Shown here: in pieces, positions 18,220 through 28,340 of the stretch | Layout: every line of letters begins with the position of its first letter | Position numbering within the stretch: position 1 is the stretch's first letter | DNA from: Capsulimonadaceae bacterium | GTDB lineage: Bacteria; Armatimonadota; Armatimonadia; Armatimonadales; Capsulimonadaceae | NCBI GenBank assembly: GCA_965215505.1 | Contig: OZ244065.1 | Span: 5,472,001-5,536,000 of the forward strand | DNA length: 64,000 nucleotides | Direction: 5' to 3' | Translations under genes and position numbers: made by a program | The notes under the pieces: model-generated | What the model saw: the letters and a program-made list of their open reading frames with translations, nothing else | Database searches by the model: none | What the model was told of the DNA's origin: nothing

Positions 18220-19605
18220 ATGACCAAACGCCTGACAACCCTGCTCCTGCCGCTGCTCCTGCTGCCATCGGCCCTGCACGCCGCCCCGCCTCGCGTCAAG
18301 GCCACGCTGAAGCAGGTGGCCGCACCGCCTGCCGACTCGGAAGCCGGCCAGCAGGGCATCGCCCCCGCCCCAGCCAAGCCCAAAGCCCCCGTCGTGCCGG
18401 TGGTGCGGAGCCGCTACGCCATCCTCGTGGACGCCGTGACCGGCAAGGTGCTGTGGGAGCGCAACGCCGACGCCCCCCGGCCCATCGCCTCGACGACGAA
18501 GATGATGACGGCCATCCTGCTGTTGGAGCGCGGCCATCTGGATGACATCGTGACGGCCCCGCCCGGCGTCCAGTATTTGCCGGACAGCAGCCTGCACCTG
18601 AAGCCGGGCGAGAAGCTGACCCTGCGCGACCTGCTCTACGCCATGCTCCTGCGGTCGGCCAACGACACCGCCGTCACCGGGGCCGTCTATCTCAACGGCT
18701 CCGTCCCCGCCTTCGCCAAGCAGATGAACCTGAAGGCCCACGAGATCGGGGCGACCCACACGCACTTCGTCACGCCCAACGGGCTGCCCGCGCCGGGGCA
18801 TTACTCGACGGCCGCCGATTTGGCGAAGATAGCCTGTTATGCGGTCAACAACCTGCCGCAGTTCAACGAGATCGTCCGGACGCCGCTCTACAAAGTCCAT
18901 CGGTCTTTAGACATGCGGGACGTGTGGGTCAAGAACACGGCGACGGGCTTCCTCAAGAAGTTCCCCGGCGCGGACGGGGTCAAGACCGGGTATATCCATG
19001 CGGCGGGGCACTGCTTCGTCGGCTCCGCGACGCGCGGCGGCTGGCGGATGATCGCCGTGGCCCTGAACAGCGGGACCTGCCGGGAGGATGTCGAGTCGCT
19101 GCTGTCCTACGGCTTCGCGGACTTCGCGCCCACGACGGTCGTGCCGAAGGATGACTTGGTGGGGTCGGTGGACATCCCTAGCGCGATCCAGCCGGTAAAG
19201 GTCAAGGCCGCGACGCCCCTGTTCCTGGTATCGTCCCGCCGGAGGCCGCTGCCGGCCTTTGTGGTCAAGGTGACGCCATTGCCTCTGCTGCCGCAGGCAC
19301 CGATTGTGGCGGGGACGCGGCTCGGGACGGTCATGGTCCTCGTGGACGGTAAAGCGCAGGCGGAGGGTGATGCCGTGGCGGCGGAGGACGTCGCCGTCAA
19401 GCCGCTGGCGGCCTTCGCCCGGACGACGCGGACGATCGGGCGGGCCGTCCCCCGAGTGATCGGGGCGCTCGCCGCCCTCGGCGCGGTGATTTTAGGAGGC
19501 TGGATACTTCATGCCCGAGCGACTGCAAAAAGCGCTCGCCGCCGCCGGGATCGGTTCCCGGCGGGCGTGCGAGGAGTGGATCACCCAGGGCCGCGTCCGG
19601 GTTAA
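18220..19605 (+). CDS. dacA: D-alanyl-D-alanine carboxypeptidase (peptidase S11)
   Basis: IASTTKMMT, SAND, TPNGL, GVKTGY. Confidence 0.9.
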   Translation: MTKRLTTLLLPLLLLPSALHAAPPRVKATLKQVAAPPADSEAGQQGIAPAPAKPKAPVVPVVRSRYAILVDAVTGKVLWERNADAPRPIASTTKMMTAILLLERGHLDDIVTAPPGVQYLPDSSLHLKPGEKLTLRDLLYAMLLRSANDTAVTGAVYLNGSVPAFAKQMNLKAHEIGATHTHFVTPNGLPAPGHYSTAADLAKIACYAVNNLPQFNEIVRTPLYKVHRSLDMRDVWVKNTATGFLKKFPGADGVKTGYIHAAGHCFVGSATRGGWRMIAVALNSGTCREDVESLLSYGFADFAPTTVVPKDDLVGSVDIPSAIQPVKVKAATPLFLVSSRRRPLPAFVVKVTPLPLLPQAPIVAGTRLGTVMVLVDGKAQAEGDAVAAEDVAVKPLAAFARTTRTIGRAVPRVIGALAALGAVILGGWILHARATAKSARRRRDRFPAGVRGVDHPGPRPG

Positions 19606-20443
19606 CGGCCTGGTCGTGACGGAACTCGGGACCAAGGTTGACCTGGACACGGACAAGGTCCTGTTCGACGGCCGCATCGTCCGCCCGCCCCATCGCCGCT
19701 ACTACCTCGCGCTCAACAAGCCGCGCGGCGTGGTTTCGTCGCGCGCCGACCCGCACGCCGGTCGGCTGGTGACGGACCTGGTGGACATCGGGAGCAAGCC
19801 GATGCTGCGGCCGGTGGGCCGTCTGGACGCCGACAGTGACGGGCTGATCTTCCTGACCGACGACGGCGACTTCCTGTTCAAGCTGACCCACCCGCGCTAC
19901 CACGTCCCCAAGACCTACCGGGTGCAGGTGCAGGGCGTTCCCAACGCCGACGCCCTGGCGCGTCTGCGGAAGGGCATCATGCTGGAGGACGGCCTGACCC
20001 GCCCCGCCGAGAATGTCCGCCTGCTGCGCGGCAAGGAGAACATGGACGGCACCGGCGCGGGCGAGCTGGAACTGACCATCTACGAGGGCCGCAACCGGCA
20101 GGTGCGGCGGATGCTGGCCGCCGTCGGCCACAACGTCACCCGCCTGACCCGAGTCCGCATCGGGGCCGTCCGCCTGACCGGCCTGCCGCCGGGCGCGTGG
20201 CGGCACCTGACCCCCGCCGAGGTGGCGGCCCTGACGGCGGGAGCGCCCGCCGCCGCCCCGACCAAAGAGAGCGACAAAGAAACCGACCGAGAAGACCATA
20301 CCGAGGAGAAAACATCATGGCCCGTACAGCCACTTTCGACACCACCAAAGGCGTCATCGTCGCCCAGCTCGCTGAGGACGACGCGCCCATTACAACCGCG
20401 AACTTTATCGAACTCGCCCAAAAAGGATTCTACGACGGCCTGA
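19511..20443 (+). CDS. rluB: Pseudouridine synthase, RsuA/RluB family
   Basis: [17 protein letters not shown]4 domain, [21 protein letters not shown]. Confidence 0.92.
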   Translation: MPERLQKALAAAGIGSRRACEEWITQGRVRVNGLVVTELGTKVDLDTDKVLFDGRIVRPPHRRYYLALNKPRGVVSSRADPHAGRLVTDLVDIGSKPMLRPVGRLDADSDGLIFLTDDGDFLFKLTHPRYHVPKTYRVQVQGVPNADALARLRKGIMLEDGLTRPAENVRLLRGKENMDGTGAGELELTIYEGRNRQVRRMLAAVGHNVTRLTRVRIGAVRLTGLPPGAWRHLTPAEVAALTAGAPAAAPTKESDKETDREDHTEEKTSWPVQPLSTPPKASSSPSSLRTTRPLQPRTLSNSPKKDSTTA

Positions 20444-20763
20444 CCTTCCACCGCTACGCCCCCGGCTTCGTCATCCAGGGGGGGGACCCGGACGGCAACG
20501 GCACCGGCGGGTCCGGCAAGAACATCAAGGGCGAGTTCCGAGACAACGGCGTCCCCAATCCAGGCAAGCACGATGCCGCCGGGGTGCTGGCGATGGCCCG
20601 CTCGGGCAACCCGGACAGCGCCTCGTCCCAGTTCTACTTCACGCTCGCCGCCGCCCCGCACCTGGACGGCGGCTACGCCGTGTTCGGCAAGGTGACGTCC
20701 GGCCTGGACGCCGTCCTGGCCCTGCGCGGGGGCGACCGCATGAACAAAGTCACCATCAGCTAG
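20317..20763 (+). CDS. ppiB: Cyclophilin-type peptidyl-prolyl isomerase
   Basis: [40 protein letters not shown]. Confidence 0.92.
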   Translation: MARTATFDTTKGVIVAQLAEDDAPITTANFIELAQKGFYDGLTFHRYAPGFVIQGGDPDGNGTGGSGKNIKGEFRDNGVPNPGKHDAAGVLAMARSGNPDSASSQFYFTLAAAPHLDGGYAVFGKVTSGLDAVLALRGGDRMNKVTIS

Positions 20764-20788
20764 ACCTCGCAGCAGAGGCCGAAGCCGG

Positions 20789-20818
20789 AAGGGGCGCGAT
20801 GAGTCGCGCCCCTTTTTC
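20789..20818. terminator. Intrinsic terminator hairpin between convergent genes (REP-like sequence)
   Basis: aaggggcgcga-tgag-tcgcgcccctt followed by a T run. Confidence 0.8.
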
Positions 20819-20834
20819 GTTTGTGCTGTCAGTG

Positions 20835-21188
20835 TCAAGACTTTTTCGAGGAGCCGCCCGACTTCTCCGGCAGCGGCTTCTCCGTCTGCGCGGCATACTC
20901 GTGGATGTCTTCGGCCGTGAGCGGCGGCAGCTCGATCTGCTTGTAAACGTCGCGCACCGCGATGTCAAGTATCTCCTCCGCCGATGCCGTCTTGCTCCGC
21001 CCCAGTTTTTGGGCGATCCGGTACAGCATCAGGTGAGTTGCGACCGGGACGCGCAGTGAAAGGCTGCGGTCCGGGATCTCCGTTCCGATGACCTCTTCCT
21101 CGTCCAGCGTCGCCAGGTGGATCAGCTCGTGTTCAATCCAGTTCTGGAGTCTGCTCGCGCTGTGTAGGTTATGTCCGTTGTGGCTCAT
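20835..21188 (-). CDS. Putative ribbon-helix-helix DNA-binding protein with His-rich N-terminus
   Basis: SLSLRVPVATHLMLYRIAQKLGRSKTASAEEILDIAV fits the beta-helix-G-helix RHH pattern; AAGGA SD. Confidence 0.65.
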   Translation of the reverse strand: MSHNGHNLHSASRLQNWIEHELIHLATLDEEEVIGTEIPDRSLSLRVPVATHLMLYRIAQKLGRSKTASAEEILDIAVRDVYKQIELPPLTAEDIHEYAAQTEKPLPEKSGGSSKKS

Positions 21189-21383
21189 CGTACTCGTCCT
21201 TCAGTGAAGTAGTGTCCTCATTATAGCCCCATCTGCACCAGAACCGCACCCGCCGGCCCGGCGGACAGGATTGTAAACCGCCTGTAATAAATGAGTGTTG
21301 TGTCATCGTCCAATTTGTGTGCAGACTGTGTCATAATCAACACGTCGCCTCGCATTAGTAGGTGACTATGTAAAAGGCTCCTG

Positions 21384-22952
21384 ATGGTCAAACCCAGCCG
21401 AACCGCTCGCCCCCTGCGTCTCAGCGTCGCCCTGACCCTCGTGGCTTGTCTCACCCTGTTCCACCCCGCCGCCGCCCACCCGATGGGCAACTTCTCCATC
21501 AACCACTACGCCCGGCTTGAGGCACAGACCAAACAGATCACCCTGCGCTATGTGATGGATTTCGCCGAATTGCCGACCGTGGCGGAGCGGGATGCCATGG
21601 GCGTTTCAGGGAACGCGCCCGTTCCCGAAGCGGTGAAGCAGGCGTACCTGCGGGCGAAGGCGCTCACCTTGCGCGACGGGCTGACGCTGACCATTGGCGG
21701 CAGGCGTGCCGCGCTGGACGTGAAGCCGGTGTTCTTGGAGTTCCGGCCCGGTGCGGGCGGCCTCAACACCATGCTCCTCGAACTCGATCTCACCGCGCCT
21801 CTGCCGCCGGGGAACGTCGGCGCGACGTTCCCGGTCGCATACCGGGACGACAACTACGCCGAGCGCACCGGCTGGAAGGAGATCGTCGTAACCGGGGGAA
21901 CCGGCACGGCGATTCAAAACTCGTCCGTCGGCGGCAGCGACACGAGCAAGGGGCTGACCGCCTACCCGGCCAACCCGACCCTCGCGCCGCCCCAGGAAAC
22001 CGAGGCGACTTTCACCGTGGCACCCGGCGGCGTCTCCTCCGCGCCGGTCCCGGCTCCCGGCCCGCAGCCGGCCTCGTCCAACTCGCACACCCCGCAGGAT
22101 GCCTTCACCCAGGTCATCGCCCGGCGCGAGCTGACGCCCGGTGTCATGCTGCTCGGCCTCTTGATCGCCTTCGTGTTCGGCTCGTTCCACGCGCTCTCGC
22201 CCGGTCATGGCAAGACGATGGTGGCCGCCTACCTCGTCGGGTCGCGCGGGACGGCCCGCCATGCGGTTTCCCTCGGCGTGATCGTGACGGTGACGCACAC
22301 CCTGGGCGTTTTCGCGCTGGGCCTGGTGACGCTGTACGCCTCCAAATACGTCGTGCCGGAGAAGCTGTACCCGGTCCTGAGCGTCATCAGCGGCCTGGCC
22401 GTCTTCGGCGTCGGCGTCTGGCTGCTCACGTCCCGCCTGCGTGGCATGGCAGATGACCATGCCCACTCGCACGGCCATGACCACGGTCCTGACGGGATTC
22501 ACCTGCATGCGGCAGACGACGGCCATACGCACGACCACACGCACGATCACCACCACGACCACACACACACGCATGACGTCGACGGGGGGCACTCGCACGG
22601 CTTCGGGCACCATCACCATCACGGCGTTCCCGAGGGGCCGATCACCGCGCGCTCGCTGCTGGCACTGGGCATTTCGGGGGGCATTGTCCCTTGCCCCTCC
22701 GCCCTCGTCGTGCTGCTTTCCGCCGTCGCGCTGCACCGGATCGCCTACGGAATGGCTCTGATCACTACCTTCAGCGTCGGCCTGGCCTCCGTCCTCATCA
22801 TCATCGGCCTGATGGTCGTCTCCACCCGGCACTGGTTTGAGCGCTTCCCCGTCGGGGAAGGACTGCTCCGCCGCCTCCCCATCGCCAGTGCAGCGGCCAT
22901 CACCCTGATCGGCATCATGCTGGTCATCCGCGCCGTTACGCAAGGCGTTTAG
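21384..22952 (+). CDS. RcnA-like Ni/Co transporter with exported N-terminal domain and His-rich loop
   Basis: AHPMGNFSINHY, HALSPGHGKT, (HDH/HTH)n loop, GIVPCPSAL. Confidence 0.88.
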   Translation: MVKPSRTARPLRLSVALTLVACLTLFHPAAAHPMGNFSINHYARLEAQTKQITLRYVMDFAELPTVAERDAMGVSGNAPVPEAVKQAYLRAKALTLRDGLTLTIGGRRAALDVKPVFLEFRPGAGGLNTMLLELDLTAPLPPGNVGATFPVAYRDDNYAERTGWKEIVVTGGTGTAIQNSSVGGSDTSKGLTAYPANPTLAPPQETEATFTVAPGGVSSAPVPAPGPQPASSNSHTPQDAFTQVIARRELTPGVMLLGLLIAFVFGSFHALSPGHGKTMVAAYLVGSRGTARHAVSLGVIVTVTHTLGVFALGLVTLYASKYVVPEKLYPVLSVISGLAVFGVGVWLLTSRLRGMADDHAHSHGHDHGPDGIHLHAADDGHTHDHTHDHHHDHTHTHDVDGGHSHGFGHHHHHGVPEGPITARSLLALGISGGIVPCPSALVVLLSAVALHRIAYGMALITTFSVGLASVLIIIGLMVVSTRHWFERFPVGEGLLRRLPIASAAAITLIGIMLVIRAVTQGV

Positions 22953-22969
22953 AACCGACACGTCCACAC

Positions 22970-24040
22970 ATGTTCAGCAAATCTCTCCTCGCCGACACCA
23001 GCACCAAGACGAAGATCGTCAGCGTCCTGGCCCTATTGGTGGCGGCCAACGTCCTCCTGTGGCTTCTGGTCTGGAGCCTCTCCGGCAGGTTCCTGTTTCT
23101 GGCCGCGACCGGCTGGCTGGCCTACGGGTTCGGCCTGCGCCACGCCGTGGACGCCGACCACATTTCCGCCATTGACAACACCACGCGGAAGCTGATGCAG
23201 GAGGGCAAGAGGCCCGTCGGCGTCGGCTTCTTCTTCTCGCTCGGCCACTCCACCATCGTCATCTCCCTGTGCGCCGCGCTGGCCCTCTCGACTGCCTACG
23301 TCCAGCGGCACATGCCGCAGTGGCAGGGCATCGGCGGCGTCGTCGGCACTCTCATCTCCGGCCTGTTCCTGTACGTCATCGGCTTCATCAACCTCGTCGT
23401 CCTGCTGAACCTCTTCAAGACCTTCCGCGCCATCCGGCGCGGGGAGGACATCGAGGACCAGCACATGGGGGACATGCTGGACCAGCGCGGCCTGCTCGGG
23501 CGTCTGTTCAAGCCGGTTCTGAGGATGGTCCGCCACTCCTGGCAGATGTACTTCGTCGGCTTCCTGTTCGGTCTGGGTTTCGATACGGCCAGCGAGGTCG
23601 GCATCCTCGCGCTTTCCGCCCACTCCGGCCAGACCAGCACGCCCTTTTGGGTCATCATGCTGCTGCCGCTGCTGTTCATGGCCGGCATGTGCCTCATAGA
23701 TGCCCTCGACGGCATCCTGATGCTCGGCGCTTACGGGTGGGCGTTCATCAAGCCGGTCCGTAAGGTCTACTACAACCTGATCATCACCACCCTCTCCGTC
23801 TTGGTGGCTTTCATCGTCGGGACTTATGAGATGCTGCAAATCTTCCAGGCGCAGTTCTCCCTCAAAGGCAAGCTCTGGAATTTCCTAAACAATCTCCCTC
23901 TGGACAACCTGGGTTATTACATCGTCGGCACGTTCCTCGTAGGTTGGGGGCTGTCCGTATTGGTTTACAGGGCCAGGAGGCAGGAGCCGGTCCCAGGCAC
24001 CGAGGCGCGGGGCGAAACTGTCTCCAAGACCCTCGTGTGA
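22970..24040 (+). CDS. HoxN/HupN/NixA high-affinity Ni/Co permease (NiCoT)
   Basis: GLRHAVDADHISAID, FFSLGHS, GFLFGLGFDTASE. Confidence 0.93.
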   Translation: MFSKSLLADTSTKTKIVSVLALLVAANVLLWLLVWSLSGRFLFLAATGWLAYGFGLRHAVDADHISAIDNTTRKLMQEGKRPVGVGFFFSLGHSTIVISLCAALALSTAYVQRHMPQWQGIGGVVGTLISGLFLYVIGFINLVVLLNLFKTFRAIRRGEDIEDQHMGDMLDQRGLLGRLFKPVLRMVRHSWQMYFVGFLFGLGFDTASEVGILALSAHSGQTSTPFWVIMLLPLLFMAGMCLIDALDGILMLGAYGWAFIKPVRKVYYNLIITTLSVLVAFIVGTYEMLQIFQAQFSLKGKLWNFLNNLPLDNLGYYIVGTFLVGWGLSVLVYRARRQEPVPGTEARGETVSKTLV

Positions 24041-24191
24041 TAGCGTCCGTATGTGGTGTCATCCACCGCGCCTCCGGTTTGTCTGCCTGCGTGGTCCATC
24101 GGCATCACAGTCGTGAGTGAATGGGAACCAAACCGTATCCACACTGTGTTCAACCATCATTGACAAAGCAAGCAAATTAGAAAAGATCACA

Positions 24192-25100
24192 ATGTCCAAC
24201 AAACGCCGAGGGTTTACCCTCATTGAGCTGCTCGTCGTCATCGCCATCATCGCGATTCTCGCGGCGATACTCTTCCCCGTATTCCAGAGCGTCCGCGAGA
24301 ATGCCCGCCGCACCACCTGCATCAGCAACATGAAGCAGATCGGCCTGGCCGCCCACATGTACATGGACGACAACGACGGCGCACTCTACCACCACCACGA
24401 GGACTATGTGCTGGATGACGGGACGCAGGTCCACACCCTGCCCCCCGACGTCAGCGGGTGCGTCGGCGGCGGGGCCGGCAACAGCAATGCCGAGAAGCCC
24501 TGGGCGATCTTCTTCCAGCCGTATCTGGCGAGCCGGGACGTGATCTACTGTCCGGACGACCCCGCCCCCCACTCCACGGTCCAGGCCCACAACATCATCG
24601 CCTACAACGGCGGCATCAGCGTCTTGGGCCAGGAGTGCAGTGCCGCCCCTAACGGCGAGCAGTGTACCGCCGAGGCCCAGCACACGGCGATGTGGAGTTA
24701 CCTGCTGAACTCCATCTTCACGCACAAGTCGTGCAGCTACGTCATGGAGGGCGTCCTGCCGGGCTTCGCGACCGAGTCGGCCGTGAACTCACTGCCCGAC
24801 CAGAACCTCATCATGTTCTCGGAGCGCAATTCGGCCGCCCTGGACGACCCCGCGAACACCGACTGGGGGTACATCCCGCAGGATGACTACGACACCTGGC
24901 CCGGAGAAGCCAGCCTCGTGCAGTCCGGCAACGGCGGGCAGTACGCCAACCAGGGATGGATCAGCTATAACCGACACCGGGGCGGTGCCGACTACGTCTT
25001 CTACGACGGCCATGTCAAGTTCATGCACTGGAGCCAGGCGCGCACCCTGGAGTACCCCGACCACGTCGTCCGATTCCCGCTGGCGAACCCGCCGAGCTGA
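24192..25100 (+). CDS. Prepilin-type N-methylation / DUF1559 H-X9-DG protein
   Basis: [50 protein letters not shown]. Confidence 0.92.
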   Translation: MSNKRRGFTLIELLVVIAIIAILAAILFPVFQSVRENARRTTCISNMKQIGLAAHMYMDDNDGALYHHHEDYVLDDGTQVHTLPPDVSGCVGGGAGNSNAEKPWAIFFQPYLASRDVIYCPDDPAPHSTVQAHNIIAYNGGISVLGQECSAAPNGEQCTAEAQHTAMWSYLLNSIFTHKSCSYVMEGVLPGFATESAVNSLPDQNLIMFSERNSAALDDPANTDWGYIPQDDYDTWPGEASLVQSGNGGQYANQGWISYNRHRGGADYVFYDGHVKFMHWSQARTLEYPDHVVRFPLANPPS

Positions 25101-25133
25101 TGATGGCGGGATGAGAAGAGAGCAGGATGAAAA

Positions 25134-25167
25134 GAAAGGGCCGCCGGCATATGCTGGCGGCCCTTTC
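25134..25167. terminator. Stem-loop, probable terminator
   Basis: gaaagggccgccggca-ta-tgctggcggccctttc. Confidence 0.7.
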
Positions 25168-25281
25168 GCGCGAACCCGCCCGCCCTTGCGCGGGACGGGT
25201 ATAATCCTGCCAGATTGGGAACTTTCAGCCAGTCAGTAACGCTCTGAAAAGGAAACAAGGGCAGCGCGCGCCCGAGATGCC

Positions 25282-25908
25282 ATGAGGTTGTTCCCGGAGA
25301 GTAGGCGGAAGAGTGCGCCCCCACGAGAGCCGAACGCGGACGGGGAGGCGGGACTGTCCGAGGACGACGTAGAGCTTTTCGCACGGCTGCTGGCCACCCA
25401 CCAGGATAAGCTGTATCGCGTGGCCTACCGAATGGCCGGACACCACGAGGACGCCCAAGACCTGCTGCAAGACGCCCTGCTGGAAGCCTACCGCTCGTTC
25501 AAGCGGTTCCAGCGCGGCTCCTACTTCGACAAGTGGCTCTACCGGATCATGACCAACACGTTCATTGACCGGCAGCGCCACCGCAAGCGGGTGGGGCGGG
25601 TCGAGTCACTGGACGCCCCTCTGCCGGGCATGGACGAGGGCGAGTCGGCGGGGCGCGAAATCCCCGACTGGTCGGATGAGCCTTCCCGCCGGGTCCTGCG
25701 GGACACATTCGACGAGCCGATCCAGAAGGCTCTGGATGCGCTAAAGCCCGAGTTCCGGATGGTCCTGATCCTGGCGGACGTGGAGGAGTTTTCCTACGAG
25801 GAAATCTCCGAGATGATGGACACGCCAATCGGGACGGTCCGCTCCCGCCTGCACCGCGCCCGCGACATGGTGAGGCAGGCCCTCGAAAAAGCCGACAAGA
25901 ATAAATAA
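25282..25908 (+). CDS. ECF sigma factor (RpoE-like)
   Basis: DAQDLLQD, WLYRIMTN, SYEEISEMMDTPIGTVRSRLHRAR. Confidence 0.93.
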   Translation: MRLFPESRRKSAPPREPNADGEAGLSEDDVELFARLLATHQDKLYRVAYRMAGHHEDAQDLLQDALLEAYRSFKRFQRGSYFDKWLYRIMTNTFIDRQRHRKRVGRVESLDAPLPGMDEGESAGREIPDWSDEPSRRVLRDTFDEPIQKALDALKPEFRMVLILADVEEFSYEEISEMMDTPIGTVRSRLHRARDMVRQALEKADKNK

Positions 25909-25958
25909 CAGAACCAGTCGCAGAACAAACGACGCCCCGGTGCGTCAAAGCAGAGACC

Positions 25959-26549
25959 ATGATGAGCAAGAACGGACATCCACACGGAGAACAACTCTCC
26001 GCATATATTGATGGGATGCTGGACGTCGGGAAGACGCGCGGCGTTGCCGAACACCTGCGCGCCTGCATCCCCTGCCGCACCACCGTCGGCCACCTCCAGG
26101 AAGCCAAGGCGCTGCTGCACCGGATGCCCGCCCCGCCCCGCCCCGGCCCGCAGTTCTGGGACGATACCTACCGCCGCCTGCGCGTGGACGACCGCGAGCG
26201 GGCCGTAACGCGCCGACCCCTGTGGGACGCCTGGCGCGGGCCGGAGCAGGCCGCGCACCGCCGCTGGGCGGCCGGCCTGGCCTCCGTGGCCGCCGTCGCA
26301 GCGATGATTGCCGGGCCGCTCACCGGCACGCGCCTCTGGGTGGGGCCGCAGCCGCCCGCCGTGACTACGCCGTTGCCGGACGTCTCGCCGGACACCTCGC
26401 CGGACGTGTCCTCGCTGGTGCAGTCGCACACGGACTCCGTCTCGGCCCTCCCGCTCGACGACCCGGACCGGCAGAAGATGATTGCGGAGGACGCGCGCAA
26501 GGTGCCGACGAACTCGGAGGCGGCGGGCTATGCCGACATCGCGTTCTAA
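25959..26549 (+). CDS. Anti-sigma factor with zf-HC2 zinc finger
   Basis: LSAYIDG, HLRACIPC, one TM helix. Confidence 0.88.
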   Translation: MMSKNGHPHGEQLSAYIDGMLDVGKTRGVAEHLRACIPCRTTVGHLQEAKALLHRMPAPPRPGPQFWDDTYRRLRVDDRERAVTRRPLWDAWRGPEQAAHRRWAAGLASVAAVAAMIAGPLTGTRLWVGPQPPAVTTPLPDVSPDTSPDVSSLVQSHTDSVSALPLDDPDRQKMIAEDARKVPTNSEAAGYADIAF

Positions 26550-27660
26550 CCGCCGGACTCGCCCCGACTTCCGGCTGACGGTGTGTGCCGGGCTGCTGCT
26601 GGCGGTGCCGGCTTTCGCCGTCTCGCACGCCACGGCCGTTCCTCACCGGCAGGCCGCGCCCAGGCGGCACGCCGCCGCGCCCGTCTCCCATGTCCCGACG
26701 GCGGAGGACCTGTTCGTCAAGGTCCTCAGCGCCGACGACCTTTTCACCTACATGGGGCGCAAAGTCACTATCTACTGGCGCACGGGTCAGACGACCGCCG
26801 TCAACGTCTTCCACCGCCCCGTTGACGACAGGCGCATCTACTACCTCAGTCCCAAGTCACAGCGCGGCCTCCTCATCGCCAGCGACGGGCATGAGGAGTG
26901 GCAGTACGACCCGCACTCCAAAGAACTGAGCCACCGCCGCCTTTCCCCCGGCGCGCTGGAGGAGGACGACCTCCTGAGCTACACGCTGCTCCGGGCGAAC
27001 TATTATCTCACCGTTGACCCGACGCCGCGCGTCTACGCGGACCGGCACGTTTCGCTCGTCACGATCAAGAGGCCCGTCGGCCACACCCTGGCGCGTCGCT
27101 TCTGGATAGACAACGGGACCGGCCTGATCCTGAAACGGGAGATCTACGGGGATGACGGCGAGCTGGCCGTGACGAGTACCTTTTCCGAAATCAATTATCA
27201 CCCGAAGTCTTCGTTCGGCAGCTTCAGCCTGGCCGCGCTGTCCAAAACGCCCAGCGTACACACCGTCGAGAACTCGGCCCCTTCGGAGGACCCGATCAAG
27301 CCCGCCCTGGTGCCGGGTCAGCTCACGGGGAAGGCCTTTGCGCCCCCCAATCTGGCCGGCTATCGCCTCGTGGGGGCCTCAACCACCACGACGGGTGGTA
27401 AGCCGCTGCTGCACCTGCGCTATTCGGACGGGCTGAACCTGGTTTCGCTGTTCGAGCAGCAGCGCACCCAGGCGCGGCGGCCGACCCGTGTTCCGGGGAT
27501 GCAGAAGGCGCAGATCGGGTCCGTCCCCGCCCACGTCTCGCACCGCGCCTCGCTGACGACCTACAACTGGGACACCTCCACCCTGAACGTCACCTTGATG
27601 GGCGAGATGGGCGTCAAGGCGCTCTACTCGCTCGCTCTGGCCGCCGTTCAAAGCAGATGA
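26530..27660 (+). CDS. MucB/RseB-like periplasmic regulator
   Basis: Signal peptide; FWIDNGTGLILK; LHLRYSDGLNLVSLFE. Confidence 0.85.
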   Translation: MPTSRSNRRTRPDFRLTVCAGLLLAVPAFAVSHATAVPHRQAAPRRHAAAPVSHVPTAEDLFVKVLSADDLFTYMGRKVTIYWRTGQTTAVNVFHRPVDDRRIYYLSPKSQRGLLIASDGHEEWQYDPHSKELSHRRLSPGALEEDDLLSYTLLRANYYLTVDPTPRVYADRHVSLVTIKRPVGHTLARRFWIDNGTGLILKREIYGDDGELAVTSTFSEINYHPKSSFGSFSLAALSKTPSVHTVENSAPSEDPIKPALVPGQLTGKAFAPPNLAGYRLVGASTTTTGGKPLLHLRYSDGLNLVSLFEQQRTQARRPTRVPGMQKAQIGSVPAHVSHRASLTTYNWDTSTLNVTLMGEMGVKALYSLALAAVQSR

Positions 27661-27709
27661 AGGCGCGGATGTCCGCGCCATCATCTGCACCTGTTCCCCT
27701 GATGCCCCA

Positions 27710-28339
27710 TCATGTTCCCGCTCCGGTGCGCTTTGCGTGTCCCGCCTCCGCGATCTGGTCCCGCAGGGTGTGCGTCAGCTTCGTCATCAGGTTGCGCGAG
27801 AAGTCATCATTTGCGAGCGCCAGGCCCTTCTCGGAATACGGCAGCGCCTGGGCCGGCTTGTGTTCGGTCGCGGCCAGAAGCATCGCCATCTCCCGGTACA
27901 GCTCCCACTCCTGGGCGTCGCTCGTGTTGCGGGCGATCCCCTGTGCCAGCACCCGTTCGGCCTCGGCCCCGCGCCCCGTGCGGGGCAGGATCGCCCCGCC
28001 CATCAGCTCATACGCCTGGACGAAATGGGGGTCCAGCGTGATGATCGTCTGGAGCAGAGGCAGCAGGCTCTCGTTCTTGGACCAGTCGCCGCCGTCCGCC
28101 ATGTACTGGTGGTGGTAGTGGTCCACGACCTTGCTCCACAGCAGGTTCGCCGCCACGATGCGGAACTCACCCCCCGCTTGTGCCAGGGCGGCGTTCCGAC
28201 CCTGGGCCGCGCTCGTGACCAGGTAACCTCGTGCGAGGCCCGCCCGCTGCGAGGCCGACTCGAACAGCCCCGCCGCCGTCATCAGCCCCAGAAAGAGCAG
28301 CGCGGCGGGCCAGGCCCGCCGGCCGTTTTGCCTCGCCAT
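27710..28339 (-). CDS. TPR-like exported protein (PilG-like)
   Basis: ANLLWSK...TLDPHFVQAY pattern, downstream of an ABC pair. Confidence 0.65.
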   Translation of the reverse strand: MARQNGRRAWPAALLFLGLMTAAGLFESASQRAGLARGYLVTSAAQGRNAALAQAGGEFRIVAANLLWSKVVDHYHHQYMADGGDWSKNESLLPLLQTIITLDPHFVQAYELMGGAILPRTGRGAEAERVLAQGIARNTSDAQEWELYREMAMLLAATEHKPAQALPYSEKGLALANDDFSRNLMTKLTHTLRDQIAEAGHAKRTGAGT

Positions 28340-28340
28340 C

